Assembly: GCF_006345805.1 (NCBI RefSeq)
Contig: NC_043000.1
Span: forward strand, 61,938,001 to 62,002,000
Reading direction: 5' to 3'
Length of the DNA stretch: 64,000 nucleotides
From: Octopus sinensis
Lineage: Eukaryota
Shown: in pieces, positions 37,401 through 51,716 of the stretch
How positions within the stretch are numbered: position 1 is the first letter of the stretch
How the letters are laid out: each line of letters starts with the position of its first letter
Program-made: the position numbers and the translations under genes
Notes under the pieces: model-generated
What the model was told of the DNA's origin: nothing
Databases searched by the model: none
Seen by the model: the letters and a program-made list of their open reading frames with translations, nothing else

Positions 37401-40400
37401 TATCCCAATACATATCGGGCAACTGTCCCTAAAAGTGCTAGGAATCAAGGGAGTAACGTCCAGAATTGCCATTATTATTTGGGGATTTTTGGATTATGAT
37501 AAAGTCAGGTTATTGCAACAAAACACAGTTATTCTCTTCTTTTAAGTTATGGACTGGATGATATAATTTACTATCCATAACTTGTTAATAATAAAAACTT
37601 ACTTATAAGATATTATTCATATTTCTATATAAGTCTTTCGATGTATTTTCGTGCTACTTGTCTTATTTAAAATTATGCGCTGTACTTCATAAATTCTAAC
37701 GGATATCACCAGAGGAAAATATCAATATAGAGCAGTTCTTTTATAATATATTTGATTCAATAAGAAACGTAAAGGATCTTCATTATTCAAAATTTATTCA
37801 AATGCTACTCCAAAGTCTGGAGGTGTTGTTAATTATTCACAACATGTGAATTTGTTATTTACATTTTATTGAGACCTTGGCCACACATAGAAGCAGGATT
37901 ATAAATAGTATGGATATTTGATACGCTTTTAAGATATCAAAGGCAGTATATAAAATAAGCAAATATGGATGCGGTTTTACTGAAAGGAAACGAATATCTT
38001 AAACGACTTGAAAGAGAAATTACTACATTCGCTGTATAATTTTTCGAGAAGCTGGGAGAGATTTCAACCAAAACATTTCTGATGTTGACAGGTTACGAGT
38101 TCGAACCCTTACCTTTATGAGATTTATTTTATTTGGCAGGAAACGTAATGTATTCGAAAAATTAACGGTCAAATGAATCGACATGCTCACACCTAAATTC
38201 CGTTGTCCCCGCTGCCTTTTAAAATATAATTGTATACATATAAAATATAATCATATCTCAAGCTCTTTATTTAATTAAAGCATTTTCATAATGCTTCCAA
38301 AAAGTTCTGAGATTGCATATTTTTTTCTTATTCTTAACATTGGTACTGAATATGAAAGCTAGTTAAATTGATCGTATTTTCTTATCTACCAGTCACATGT
38401 GTTGTATTCTATCAGAATGGGATTACTGTATAAATGAGTAGTGTTTATTTAGCCTTAAGTGATGTCTTTCAACTCGTATAGGGAGAATTATTCAAAAACT
38501 TATTAAACAGATATTGAGGATGGTTTGATGCTTTTTCAGCCAGCTTATATATGGAAAATCCAGCCCAGGGATGTTGAGCATAAAGAAAACAGCAGTAGGT
38601 TAATCGAAAATGCTTGGATAAGAGGATAATGAAAATCATTATTGAAATTCAGTCTTAAAAATTCAACTGAGAGATTGAAACAAAATAGTATCGTACACAA
38701 ATTGAATGATTTAGAAAAACCTGCTGAATAGATCTATCTCTCAGGAATTGAACGGCAATTAGAATTAGTTTAATGAATCTTCAACACGTCTTTTAAATTA
38801 TGTAAATTACCTATCACAGCACCGAAAACATTCTAAGCTAATAAACGTGTCGTCAAACAGGCTAATGAAACGTACGAATTTCTTTTGAGGAAGACCAATC
38901 ACATTATTCAGAATTAAAGAAAATCTCCCAAGATTGACTGCACAGTGTACGTATTTTTCAACAGAAAATATTTCTTTGTCGTTTCTTCTTTCAGAATAAA
39001 TTATGCGGAGAATAGGAAGTTAGATGAAACTAGGTGTTTCATGAATCTGAATTTTCTTCAGGTGCGATGTAAATCGTGTTTCCAGCTAATGAAGGTCTAT
39101 GAACACGATGTTGACCAGTTGAATTAATAAATCAGTGATTTGAAATGTTTATTCGAATTCAAGGTACCTTCCGATAATGGAAAGCAGTAGTAACAACTAA
39201 TTTCAGTAATCTTCACAGTAACTGTAAAATACCAAATACTCAATTCATTTGCTTGTTTGCAATGAATATTTGATGATCTTGTTAACAAAGTTAACAGGAA
39301 AACAATTTTCTTCCAGTATAACCTTTGCGGAGATATTGCGAAATATAATGTAAGATAGTGAAGAAGGCAGCATCTCTTTGGTCCTTCGACTGTCATGAAG
39401 TACCTGTCAAGTTCCTTCATCACACTCTGATATGTTATTAAAGGAGTGCTGCATGTAACAGTGTAGCACCGCCTACATACACTCGCGAAGCCCCACTCAT
39501 ACGCGCGCACACACACGCACATAATGTTGGGTTAGTTCTGAATGGAGTCTTTTGATCAAAGATGAGCTCGATAAAGAATGATCTGAGGAAACAACAAGAA
39601 CAATGACCACAACAACATGATAATTCATGTTAGCAAATATTACTTCTTAATTGAATGCTCCTGATAGTGGGAATAAAACTGCAGTTATGACTTGTCTTTC
39701 TAAAACTAAATATGCTAAATTATTTTCTTTTGTTTTTGTAAAAAAAAACCCTGAGTATTACTGATATACCGAGTGCAAAGTGAAATCTTTGAGTGTTTTC
39801 AGGTATCATAAATTATTTTTGTCATTGATAATATACATAGTCTGTTATAGCATAACACTAGAAATTCGCTTGCACTTTATAAGACACCACCTCCGAGTTG
39901 GCATATCAATTCTCTATTCTCTATAGTAAAATAGTAAATGTGTTGGCCATCGCTTTGTTTCGGATTCAATCGCAGCACGCGGCATTTTCTGCAAGTGTCA
40001 TTTATCATAATGTCAAGGTCAATTTAAGCCTTGCGAATGCAATTGGGTAGAATGCGGAGAATGTTCAGTTGTCCGTGCGATGGATTCTATCTGTCATTCA
40101 AAGGTCCAGTTTTGTCACACATTGTCTTGCTCATTTTCTGCTTGGGATTTACATTGAGAGCAAACGTTTCTTTGGAGTAGTATAGCATTTACATACTAAT
40201 TCAAGCAGTAGGTTTCAACTGATCGAAGAACCGAATATTTATCGTCGACGTCGTGCGATTTCTATTTATTAAACATTTTAATAAGAATCAAACATGCTCC
40301 TAGATGTATTTGCGTGATACTCTTCAAACATGGGACAGATTAAAGCGTTAGACCGTTGAATAAAATGTATAATAGTATTTACTTATAGCCCTTTGAATCC

Positions 40401-41164
40401 TAAATTCAATTACTGGCAAGTCGATGAATGAAGCATATCTTAAGTATTGAGTCAAAACAAATGGTTGAATTATGTTGTTAAGCCATCTATCTGCTTTTTG
40501 GTAGGGGGAAATCTCTGATCCAAGTATACCTCTACAAATATGCGCTCATCATATGGGAATGGAAGCGAAACGTAGCCGCTTGTTGTCACCAAGGTGTCCG
40601 AAAAGTAACTAGTATATTAGCATGAAATATTATTCGGGAGATGATTTCTTAGTAAGTCTCGAGCAGAGGCGCCCAAAATAATTTTAGCACAAAATATTGG
40701 AGCAGCGATTTGCTTTTCTAAATATCGTGCAACGCACACAGACACATCCCGGCACCTTAATTTTCTTAAGAATTTTAGAAGAAAATTGCTTTAGAGAGGG
40801 AAATTATTTATGCAAACAAAAAATAATGATCTTTATTGAAAATAGTGAAAACCATGTTTCATAGAACGAACTTTTATTAAATTTAATTTCAAGACTCTTT
40901 GCTGTGTGAAACCGCAGAATACTTTCAATGGTGTAGGGATACATAGTTATGATCAACTAACTATGTTCAAGTAATATATTGAATTTACTTCAGTATATGA
41001 ATATACACCACAAAGGAAATGTTGGTTTGCGTCTGACCAAAATAAATCAATTTAATACGATACAACGAAGTGGTAAAGATAGTGTACGTTCAATTCTAGA
41101 GTTCTTAAAATATGATATCAAAAAAGCTTTTGGAGTATAATATATATAGAGTTCACTAACAAAC

Positions 41165-41866
41165 AATTAATTTTTAATCATTCTATCGGTTTTGTAACAT
41201 ACGTACGTATATACATACATGCATAAATTCGCACAGGCACACACACACACACGTGTGTATACGTGTGTGTGTGTTTGTGTGTGCATATATATAGATATAT
41301 GAGTGTATGTGTATATGTATATATAAATATGAGTGTGTGTGTGCTTGCATGTATATGTATGTATGTACGTATATATATATGTATATGCATATGTATATAT
41401 ATATATACATATATGTGTGTGTATGTATGTATGTATGCATGCATGCGGTGATAGGGACATTTTAGTTACAGTAACATTTATTTAGAAATATATTTCAGCA
41501 CACGAAGTCTTTATACACACACAAACATGCAATTATGCTCAGATATAAAAATGTACTTATAGAGATTTATACATAGCATGTTACTAAAGCGACAAAACGC
41601 GAAACTTTAAGCTGTAGGTTATCGATATTAACCTTCATATACATATTATGTATGTATATTTGTGCATACATGTGTGTATATATATGCATATATATATATA
41701 TATATATACATATATCTATACATATATATATGTATATACATACATATATATGTATATATCTATACATATATATGTATATATATATGTATATATATGTATA
41801 TATCTATACATATATATATATATATATATCTATACATATATATATATCTATACATATATATATATC

Positions 41867-41929
<63 letters not shown>

Positions 41930-42761
41930 GTATATATCTATACATATATATATGTATATACATACATATATATGTATATATATGGAGTGGCTGTGGAGTA
42001 TATATGGAGTGGCTGTGTGGTAAGTAGCTTGCTTACCAACCACATAGTTTCGGGTTCAGTCCCACTGCGTGGCACCTTGGGCAAGTGCCTTCTAATATAG
42101 CTTAGGGCCGACCAAAACCTTGTGAGTGGATTTGGTAGATAGAAACTGAAAGAAGCCCGTCGTATATATGTATATAGATATATATGTATGTGTGTCTGTG
42201 TTTGTCCCCCCAACATCGCTTGACAACCGATGCTGGTATGCTTGCGTCCCCGTAACTTAGCGGTTCGGCAAAAGAGACCGGTAGAAGTAAGTACTAGGCT
42301 TACAAAGAATAAGTCCTGGGGTCGATTTGCTCGACTAAAGGCGGTGCTCCAGCGTGGCCGCAGTCAAATGACTGAATCAAGTAAAAAAAAATTATAAACA
42401 CATGTATATATACATATGTGCCCATCATGTATATATATAAAAAAAATATCTATGTGTGTGTCTGTGCACGTATATAAATGTACATGCCTATGTATATATG
42501 TATATATATTGTATGTATAACTTACATATATATATACATATATATGCTGTTTATATATATATATATATTTACGTTTATATATGTATGAATTTTCATCGCT
42601 CCTTCTTTTAGACATGACCAGTGTTCATTTATAAGTCTATATAAGCGGATTATGTTCTGTTTTCTGAGAATGTTACATAATCCCTTTACAACATAAACTG
42701 ATTCGTTCCATTCATTCAGGAACCCATACACTCATACACACACATACACGCATTACATATA

Positions 42762-42859
<98 letters not shown>

Positions 42860-43000
42860 AGAGAGAGAGAGTGGGGGGAGAGGGAAATGTCTATACATAT
42901 TTGCTTATAGATATTTTTGTATTTATACACGCGCACACACAAACACATGCCCGTGCACACACATCCACACACACATATATACATATATTTGTGCATACAT
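41165..43000. repeat. Cluster of TA/CA-derived microsatellites with higher-order units (atatctatacat)
   Basis: Directly visible; interrupted by the SINE at 42006. Confidence 0.93.
42006..42390 (+). mobile_element. Full-length tRNA-derived SINE (most abundant family in the window)
   Basis: A box TGGCTGTGTGG, B box GGTTCAGTCC, internal TA/TG tract, A-rich end; a short copy of its first bases lies at 41984-41999. Confidence 0.9.
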
Positions 43001-45759
43001 TTATATGTGTGTAAACATGTGAGTGCTTACGCCGGTGCGTATGTGTCTGTGTGTGTTTATGCCGGTAAATATCATACGTATGTATTTCTACTTGTGGAAA
43101 CAAAGTGTATTCTATGAAGGAAAAACAATCTATCAAAAATCAATTCTGTCAGCTTAAGAACTGTCTGAAACAGTGGCCGGAAATGTCAGAGAACTACCAT
43201 CTTTACCAGTGACATCCTTCATATTGCAGTAGTTTTGTTATCATGTTATCGCTTCTACGATTGTTGCTGTTAATAACAAGAACGAAAACTTCGGAGTGGT
43301 TCCTAAAAACAAGAACTACTGCTGGAATTGGCTCTATGAATATGATAAAAACAACGTTATCTGAATGTGCGCCAAGAATTCTATTGATTTATTTGTCGGT
43401 CTTGGCTTGTTAATAGTCGACATCAGTCTGTAGCGACTTATTTTGTAGTAGGCCTGATATTTAGGAAATTACAGCTGTCATACAATCACAAAATATTGAT
43501 TGCAATTTAACTCAGTGAAATGCCCAATTAAAATGGGATTCTATCTGAGCCTTTTGTTGATATTATTTTCGTCTCTGCTCCTATATTTACTAGCACAATA
43601 TTTGGTAGTAAGTAGTTCTTTTTCTTTCTTATCAGCGAAAGTTTGTTTTAGCATTAACAGTACGAACAACAATAATTCATACAGCACTCAAGTAATAACA
43701 TTACCAACTTATTTATTCCCGTGTTTTTTTCGTCAGCATACGTCACCATGAATGGAAGTAAAAGAAAGAAATTGAAGTAATAAAATTGCTCCTTATTTGT
43801 GTAAAAGATGGTACCTTACATAGGTAAGATTCATTGTTAATAGAATCGTGGTTATTGCAAAATGGATTTTGTTTATAAATTACTCAGGGCAAATCCTCTT
43901 TTGGGAAAGAAAATATCGAAGAAAGAGGTGGAATTCGAACTGGGCAGATGAAAAGAAAAAGAGAAATAATAGCAAAATCAACTACAACAAAAAAAATCAT
44001 TGTATTATACTCTCCATCAAGGCTGGCAACGTCACGCCTTTCTCAATACACACTAGGCCATAAATATTGGAACGAACAGTAGCAATCATTCAAGCACTAC
44101 AATTATCATCTGCCTAATAACAACGTCACTGAAACCGAAGGGCGCTAATACAGAAACCTCAGCGTTTAAAACAAGGAAGGCGAAGAAGTCTAGAAAAGTA
44201 TAAGACATTGCTTTCACAGACAACGACACACTTGGCAGCTTTAGTACATTATCTTAATACCATTCAGTTTTATTATATGGGCTTCCGTTTTGATTATTGT
44301 CATCAACTTCGCCGTTGCTCTAAGTAATGCTGGGTTTTAACATAGCATTTAATTTAAGCCCTCTCAGATTAGATGTTGCTTTTCATCAACTAAACATCAC
44401 TCATAAAATCAAGAAAACGAGATGCAAGACCATAAATCTTAAGAACCGTAAAAGGAAACAAAACAAAAAATAAGTCGATTCGGTCCACATATTCCGAAAG
44501 AGAAAAATTAGTTTCAAACGATCAATGTAATGATTTTATCTAATATACGATTTTAAGTTAATCAACTATAATATGCTGCTGTTGTGGTTAGCCACATCGT
44601 TATCTTAGGCGTAGAGATAGGTTTAGCTAAGAGATTCCTGTACAGTTATTCAAAGTTTGTACTAGTAATATAACTAAATGAATAAAATCACTTAACTGTT
44701 CCTGCATTGCATCACTCTTGGATCAATATAATATATACAATTCAACCCCAAATGGCCAACATATAAACACTATCAGAACAAGCTGATCAAATCAAAACCT
44801 AATTCATCCGTTCAGATTTATTATATCTTTGGTTGCCAATTTAAAACTTTTTTTATGAGACGACTATTTTGTGTCCGATGGGTATGTCTATGTTTTATAT
44901 GGTGTAGTAACTATTGTGTTATATTTTAACACAAGTTAACTTATTCACTACAAACAGTATTTCACATAAGATTTCGTTTTGTAGGAAAATGTTCTCGTGT
45001 TTGTGCAGCACATATTTTCGCTTTTCCTTTACTATATTTACCACGCATTATTTTATATTTAAAGTTATCATAGAGAAGGCATGCTTGAGGACCCTCCCAA
45101 CACAGCTCTCCCACGATTAAGTGTGAGCAGAAAATGAGATGGAATGATATCAAATCTGAATATGATTATTATTGAAAATCCTCAAAGAACTGTAGTTTTG
45201 TTTTATTTTTGTTTGCATGTCCTCTTAGTTGATGATGCTTTTAAGGTCCCCTTTGTAACATTGTACGTCACACCGGTTATAAATGAAGAGGGAATTCCGG
45301 AAGGCCGACGTAATCGAAACAAAAAGACAATGCATAGTGATTATTGTTGGACCTGGGTTTCGGATACATCGAAGTTTGAGTGATGAATAAGACGGGCATT
45401 TCTAATTAGACGTGGACTGAAACTAGCCTATTCCGGGAAGCAGAGGTTGTTACTTTATTATTAGAATAGGGAGACATCTAATACAGTGCAATTGTGAATC
45501 CATGACTGGAATATGTATGTGAGTGAATTTAAGTGAATCAATCGGGTGCAGTCTAGGTGCTTGGGTTTGCAATAGCAAGAGCAGCAGCAGTAGCAGCAGC
45601 AGCACCGTTAGATATGAGAGTTAAACTGCATTGTGAGACTCACCTGAGCTGCGAAGAGTATCAATAACTGTTGTGGAACGAAGTGCTAACATGCCTTAAA
45701 AGAAAGGGCCAGTCATTGCGATACGATCCTAGCTATGTTAACAATTTGTTTTTGCTTTG

Positions 45760-46890
45760 CGTGATTCTTGGTAATTGTGAAGCCCAAAAATTGTATGGAA
45801 ATTGAGAGTTTTATATGATGATTTCAGGGGGTCACAAGATGAACTGGAGTATAGTAAAGATAATATTTTCTTAATAGGAGGACTGTTTTGTTTTTTCTTA
45901 CTGGCGAAAGAAAAAAGATTGTTATATCCCGATTGACTGATGCTGTCGAAGTCACTATGCATTGAATCAGTTTTGCATTTGATATACTGGTTTCGAGTTG
46001 GTAATTCATTGTTGGGAAATATTAGGTAGGAACGAAGAGCAGTGTAAACTATGTGCAATCGATGTTGTTGGATTCTGCGACAATTAAGTTATTGACGTAT
46101 AGAAGGAAGGGAGTGGGGGACAAAACAAAGCCTCGGGGATGGCTAGAATTAACAGAGTGAGAGATAAAATGGTTTCCGTTAAGACACGCGTGATAAGATG
46201 AGAAGCTATCGATGCAAGAGATAAGAGACGAGTAGGGCACGTGTGCAAAATGTTTTGGTAGGTGATTCATATGCTAGACTCTGCAATGCATTTCCAAAAA
46301 ATCAAGGGGGATATTCCGATAGAGACGTACTGAGATAGATGTTTGGAAACCATAGATGCTAGCTTTGAGATGTAATGTTTGAGGGTAATGGGATGTATGC
46401 CATCAGGATAAATAGCCTTGCTTACTTTTTTTAAAGTACCAAAAATACGTCTGCATTTGGTGGGTGTGTATGCAAATTTATGGAACTGGAATGGTGGAAG
46501 AAGACATAATTAGAAGGATTTTACGAAGGATATGAAATGTGGGAGGAATGAAGTCAAGTCGTTTCTTTGCAACGTAGTAAGTCTGTGATATATTGAAGGC
46601 AAAAGATGGGGAACCAAAGAAGAGAGATATTCCTATAAGATTACGTTTCACATTCTTGGTAAATCCTTTCCAATTATATCTTCTTCCACCATTCCAGGTC
46701 CATATATTTGCATACACACCCACCAAGGCGGTCGTAGGTTTTGGTTACTTCATAAAAGGGGGAAAAAAGCCTACTTATCCTGATGGAGTTCCTCCCGTTA
46801 CCCTCAAACATTACGTCTCAAACCTAACCTATATAATCTCCAAACAACTATCAACCTATATCTTTATAGGAATATCACCTTTGTTTTGTT
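45760..46890 (-). pseudogene. CR1/L2-group LINE reverse transcriptase remnant with a diverged inverted copy
   Basis: - strand: YPDGIHPITLK...; NSSHPRGFVLSPTPFLLYVNNL (decayed GVPQGSVLSP); SDFDSISQ. ~46300-46550 is mirrored at ~46640-46890 on +. Confidence 0.7.
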
Positions 46891-47058
46891 CGGGACCACG
46901 CCGGAGTCGATAGAATAAGCAAAAAGAATTCCAAATCCGCTGCCCGCTACAAAATGACACGCCAAGAACAATGGTTTCGATTTATGGCGTAGCTGTTCCT
47001 GATTGTAGCAGAGGTGGTAGCAACAGTAGAAGAAGCAAGTGTATGTTGCTATAAAGAC

Positions 47059-47059
<1 letters not shown>

Positions 47060-47092
<33 letters not shown>

Positions 47093-47135
47093 TAGTAGTA
47101 GTAGTAGTAGTAGTAGTAGCAGCAGCAGCAGCAGA
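47060..47135. repeat. (AGT)n grading into (AGC)n
   Basis: Directly visible. Confidence 0.95.
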
Positions 47136-49085
47136 ATAAAAAGCAATAGAAATAGAAGCTATAATATTATCAGTGTAGCAATAACAGCAGTTGTGCAAGA
47201 ACAGTAAGTGACAATGAGCAGTAGCAGTAGCACTAATAGTGATGGCAGTAATTTGAGCAGCAACAGCAGAAGTTGTTATGAGTGTAAAATTAGAAAGATT
47301 AATGCTGGTTTATTTATCGAAGTTTCTGAAATTCTTAATTATTTAAATGTTTTTAAAGAACTAACCGCGCCACCAAACGTAGCTGCTGTTGATAAACTTC
47401 TGAAAATAACAAAGGCGATTCATAAATTTAGGCAGGCAGTGTGAGAAGCATCAGTTACGCTTACTGAAGACGGTCTGCATATGTTTGGTTCTTAATCAAT
47501 AGACGAATATAGTTCTGCTGTTAAATTTGTCCAATATGTCGGCCTCAGTCATATTGATATGGAAAGACATTTCAGCCCTATATCAATTTCACTCATTATA
47601 GTTTTGTAATATATACAAGTTACATTTGAAATATAAGTGAAAAATATATCAGTTACAATGACCGGGTAATATATATAGTCCATTGTGTTTCGGTTGAATT
47701 TATGTTTATTGAGTAATAAATACAATCTCCTAATGGCCATGCTATTGAGCGTTTCGAAACAAGATTAAAAATCAAGGCTAAGCAATAAATGAAATATATA
47801 AATAAACTCAGCAGATAGAATTTACTTCCCGACTGTAAAATTGATAAGTTGAAAATTTCGTTGTGTTACAGTTATTATCAAAAGTTCATTTTGTTTTCTT
47901 TCATTTGCACAGGCTAATTTAGTACCCAAACATTCTCATGAAATGCATGATGCAGTGCAAGTAGCGTCCATTGGACTTACTAGAAACGATCTAGTGTGCA
48001 TCGCTTTCTTCGCGATTGAAAGTGAAGTGAATATAGGTATTATGGTTATGCATTAATTCACTGTCACATCCATCAGCATTTCAGCATTATGTTTATTACA
48101 GATAAAATATGTCTTTTTGGTTGACAAACACATGTTATATGTGCAAAGAATGTTTTTAAAAAACAGGTATCATTTAAGAACATTGCGTTTTACATAGTAT
48201 CATCTTTTACTACACTTTCAGTTAAATTAAAATTTTGATTCAAATAATGCTGTTGCAATCGGCGAAGTGCTGATCTAACATAATATTACTTGCACAATAT
48301 TCTGTTGGCCGTAAACAATTGTTCCAGTTTAATAAAATATCGATCTATCGGGATATGATTAAGCTATAGTAGAAGAGTTGGATGAAACAATATGTTGTAA
48401 ATACATTGAAAGCGTTTAATTAATCGAAAACATTTAGTTTCCACGAGATTTCTCAATTGTATACCAGTATGATTATTCTCTATTGATTGAATTTCGTTTC
48501 GCAGTCACACTTCCTAGTGAGCAAACCAAACACTTTACAACTGAAGTCAACTACAATTACGATCGACTTTAATAATATTAATGAAATGACTATATAACGT
48601 AATCTTTTGTAATATTTTTAGTCACTGCAATCAGGATTTATCAACTAACTTATTGCTCATGACCATTACGAAAACTAGCTTTCTACATAGCTTCATAAAA
48701 AACTTGGTTTTAAATAGTTTATAAGTTAACGGTGTCATGTGAAAATTGGAATGAACCCATGTTATTGTAAGTTTATTGTTCATTCATTATGGTAGTTAAT
48801 GAAGAATGACGCTCAACTATTGACTAAACCATACACGCGCCATGGTTTAGTTATATATTTGAACGTCATTAATCACTAACATCATTAATCACTATATAAA
48901 TATATATATGTATGTATAAAGAAAGATTGATCATAGGGCAAACATCATATTTGAGTCGGATTTGATGTTTATTCTATGATCAATGTTTCTTTATCTTTGT
49001 CTCAAATACATTATAGCACTTCTATTTTTACAGTCCTCTAAACACATTTGTTTCCATAAAAAGCGGCAAAAATTATTTATTGGCG

Positions 49086-49147
<62 letters not shown>

Positions 49148-49149
<2 letters not shown>

Positions 49150-49320
49150 AGCGGCTTAGTGGTAAGTAACTTGCTTACCAAACCACGTGGTTCCAGGTTC
49201 AGTCCCACTGCCTGGTGCCTTGGGCAAGTGTCTTCTATTATAGCCTCGAGTCGACCAAAGCCTTGTGCTTGGATTTGGGAGACGGAAACTGAAAGGAGGC
49301 CGTCGTATACATATATATAT

Positions 49321-49400
<80 letters not shown>

Positions 49401-49676
49401 ATGTATGTATGTATGTATGTGTATGTGTTTGTGTGTGTGTGTGTGTGCGTGTGTGTGTGTCTCTCTACTTGTGTGTCTGAGTTTATGCCCCCAACATCGC
49501 TTGATAATCGATGCTGGTGTGTTTACGACTCCGTAACACAGAAGTCCGGCAAAAGATACTGTTAGAATAAGTACTAGGTTTACAAAGAATAAGTCCTGGG
49601 ATCGATTTGTTCGACTAAAGGCAGTGCTCCAGCATGGCCGCAGCAAAATGACTGAAACAAGTAAAATAATAAAATA
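49148..49676 (+). mobile_element. Full-length SINE with an expanded internal (TA)n
   Basis: Collinear with 42006-42390. Confidence 0.9.
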
Positions 49677-49694
49677 ATATATACATATATATAA

Positions 49695-49752
<58 letters not shown>

Positions 49753-50038
49753 ATACAATATGTTACATTACTCGGTAGTCAAGATAAAACTCTGAGTTTC
49801 AGATGCCGAAGTGGAAATCCACAACACCATCTCTTCGATTATCTGGCTATTTGAAAACGTTATGAAAAAATACCATTAAAACTGAAGGGAAATTACTCTG
49901 TTATAACTCTGCTTTGCCTGCGTACTTATACATCGCTCGCATTTTTCGTCATAAAAATTATATAAAAATACATAAAAATATATAAAAATATATAAAAATA
50001 TATAAAATCTTCTTGGGACATAACACAGAAAGCATGTT

Positions 50039-50460
50039 CTATCCGTTTTCTTTAGGGGACCAAAAACGTAACAGAAATTTAGTCACATGTGGGCATGATC
50101 CGAAAAGCTTTGTCCTTGTATTTAGACATGTGGTAGGGTCTAAGCTGCTTTTCCAGATAAGCCATCTCTCTATGTCGCATAAACCGCACCTTCCGCTGCC
50201 GTTAGTATAGGGCTTACATCTGGCCAAAATCTTCCATTGTATGTTATAATCGACACCTTTATCTCTTAAAGACCAAATATGATTGGATAATTGTGTCGCT
50301 TTTCTTTTGTTCCAGTGCCTAAAGCTCAAAGTGTGGTTATTGAACCTGGCCTTGAAATTACCCTCTGTCAGGCCCACGTATTTCTTCGTCGAAACGGTGT
50401 CTTTAGTGGTTATAGAGTTTATGGTAGCTTCATATATGATGGTCTTGGACATGCAAGCTC
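50039..50460 (-). CDS. GIY-YIG endonuclease C-terminal fragment, open to its stop codon
   Basis: CMSKTIIYEATI...KKYVGLTEGNFKARFNNH...LSNHIW...WKIL...CGLC...LNTR...SCPH; the inverted copy 50461-50776 (+) lacks the IIY/YVG part. Confidence 0.88.
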
Positions 50461-50960
50461 CAAGGCCAGGTTCAACAACCACACTTTGAGCTTTAGGCAC
50501 TGGAACAAAAGAAAAGCGACACAATTATCCAATCATATTTGGTCTTTAAGAGATAAAGGTGTCGATTATAACATACAATGGAAGATTTTGGCCAGATGTA
50601 AGGCCTATACTAACGGCAGCGGAAGGTGCGGTTTATGCGACATGGAGAGATGGCTTATCTGGAAAAGCAGCTTAGACCCTACCACATGTCTAAATACAAG
50701 GACAGAGCTTTTCGGATCATGCCCACATGCGACTAAATTTCTGTTACGTTTTTGGTCCCCTAAAGAAAACGGATAGAACATGCTTTCTGTGTTATGTCCC
50801 AAGAAGATTTTATATATTTTTAAATATTTTTATGTATTTTTATATAATTTTTATAACGAAAAATGCGAGCGGTGTATAAGTACGCAGGCAAAGCAGAGTT
50901 ATAACAGAGTAATTTCCCTTCATTTTTAACGGTATTTTTTCATAACGTTTTCAAATAGCC

Positions 50961-51023
50961 AGATAACCGAAGAGATGGTGTTGGGGATTTCCACTTCGGC
51001 ATCTGAAACTCAGAGTTTTATCT
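50961..51023 (+). ncRNA. Variant type I hammerhead candidate (mirror copy 49782-49844, - strand)
   Basis: Stem I AGATAA/TTATCT; core CCGAAGA (TCGAAGA in the other arm); stem II GATG/CATC plus an extra T; GAAA; stem III ACT-CAG-AGT; GUU triplet. Confidence 0.5.
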
Positions 51024-51716
51024 TGACTACCGAGTAATGTAACATATTGTATAGATAAATTTCCTCTATTTACATAATATTGAGGTCTCTTTCTTTCTTT
51101 TGTTATCTTACCGTTTTATCAATATATATATATATATATATTACAACAGACAGGTGGGTAATGGGTAGATGCACTACACGTATTTCAAATGAGTTTTTAA
51201 TTGATTAATGGAGACATTATAACCTTAGAAAAAGCCGTTTTGATCAGGTGTATACATGGATCACAACATTTAAAAGCATTCAAAACCCAAATAGCTTGTA
51301 CCACTTCATGTTGCTATGACAATTGCCGGTTATATATATATATGTGTGAGCGCGCGCGCACGTGTATGTGTGTGCGTGTGTAATAATAAAGGTGGCTAGA
51401 CGCAATGTATAACGAAAACGGGGGAATACAATTGTCACGAATAGTAACTGAGGGTGCAGTGTAGCATGTATATTGCTGGAAGTAAGAGTGAAAGACCCCT
51501 ATTGCCTAGCCACAGAGCACAAGTCTATGTACTGACAGGTGAGTTAAACACCGCATAGCGCGTTAGGGTACTAGATTGGCAAGCCAATTTCAGTTGAAGT
51601 TAATGCTCATCTGCAGATCCACTCTATCGCTTATAGTTCGGTCAGCTCCAACCAGTCAGTAAATAGATTTTGTATAGAATCAACGGCTGATTCAGCAGAA
51701 TGATAATGTGAAAATT

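Larger units (their letters stand above)
49748..51122. mobile_element. 5'-truncated Naiad-type PLE with a ~600 bp inverted duplication
   Basis: Arms 49748-50354 and 50461-51057 are near-perfect reverse complements with a 106 bp spacer; GIY-YIG coding on both arms; (TA)n on both flanks. Confidence 0.92.

Noticed and set aside
43533-43607. Hydrophobic signal-peptide-like ORF ending at gtaagt
   Set aside because: T-rich DNA readily gives hydrophobic peptides; no compatible downstream exon or family support.
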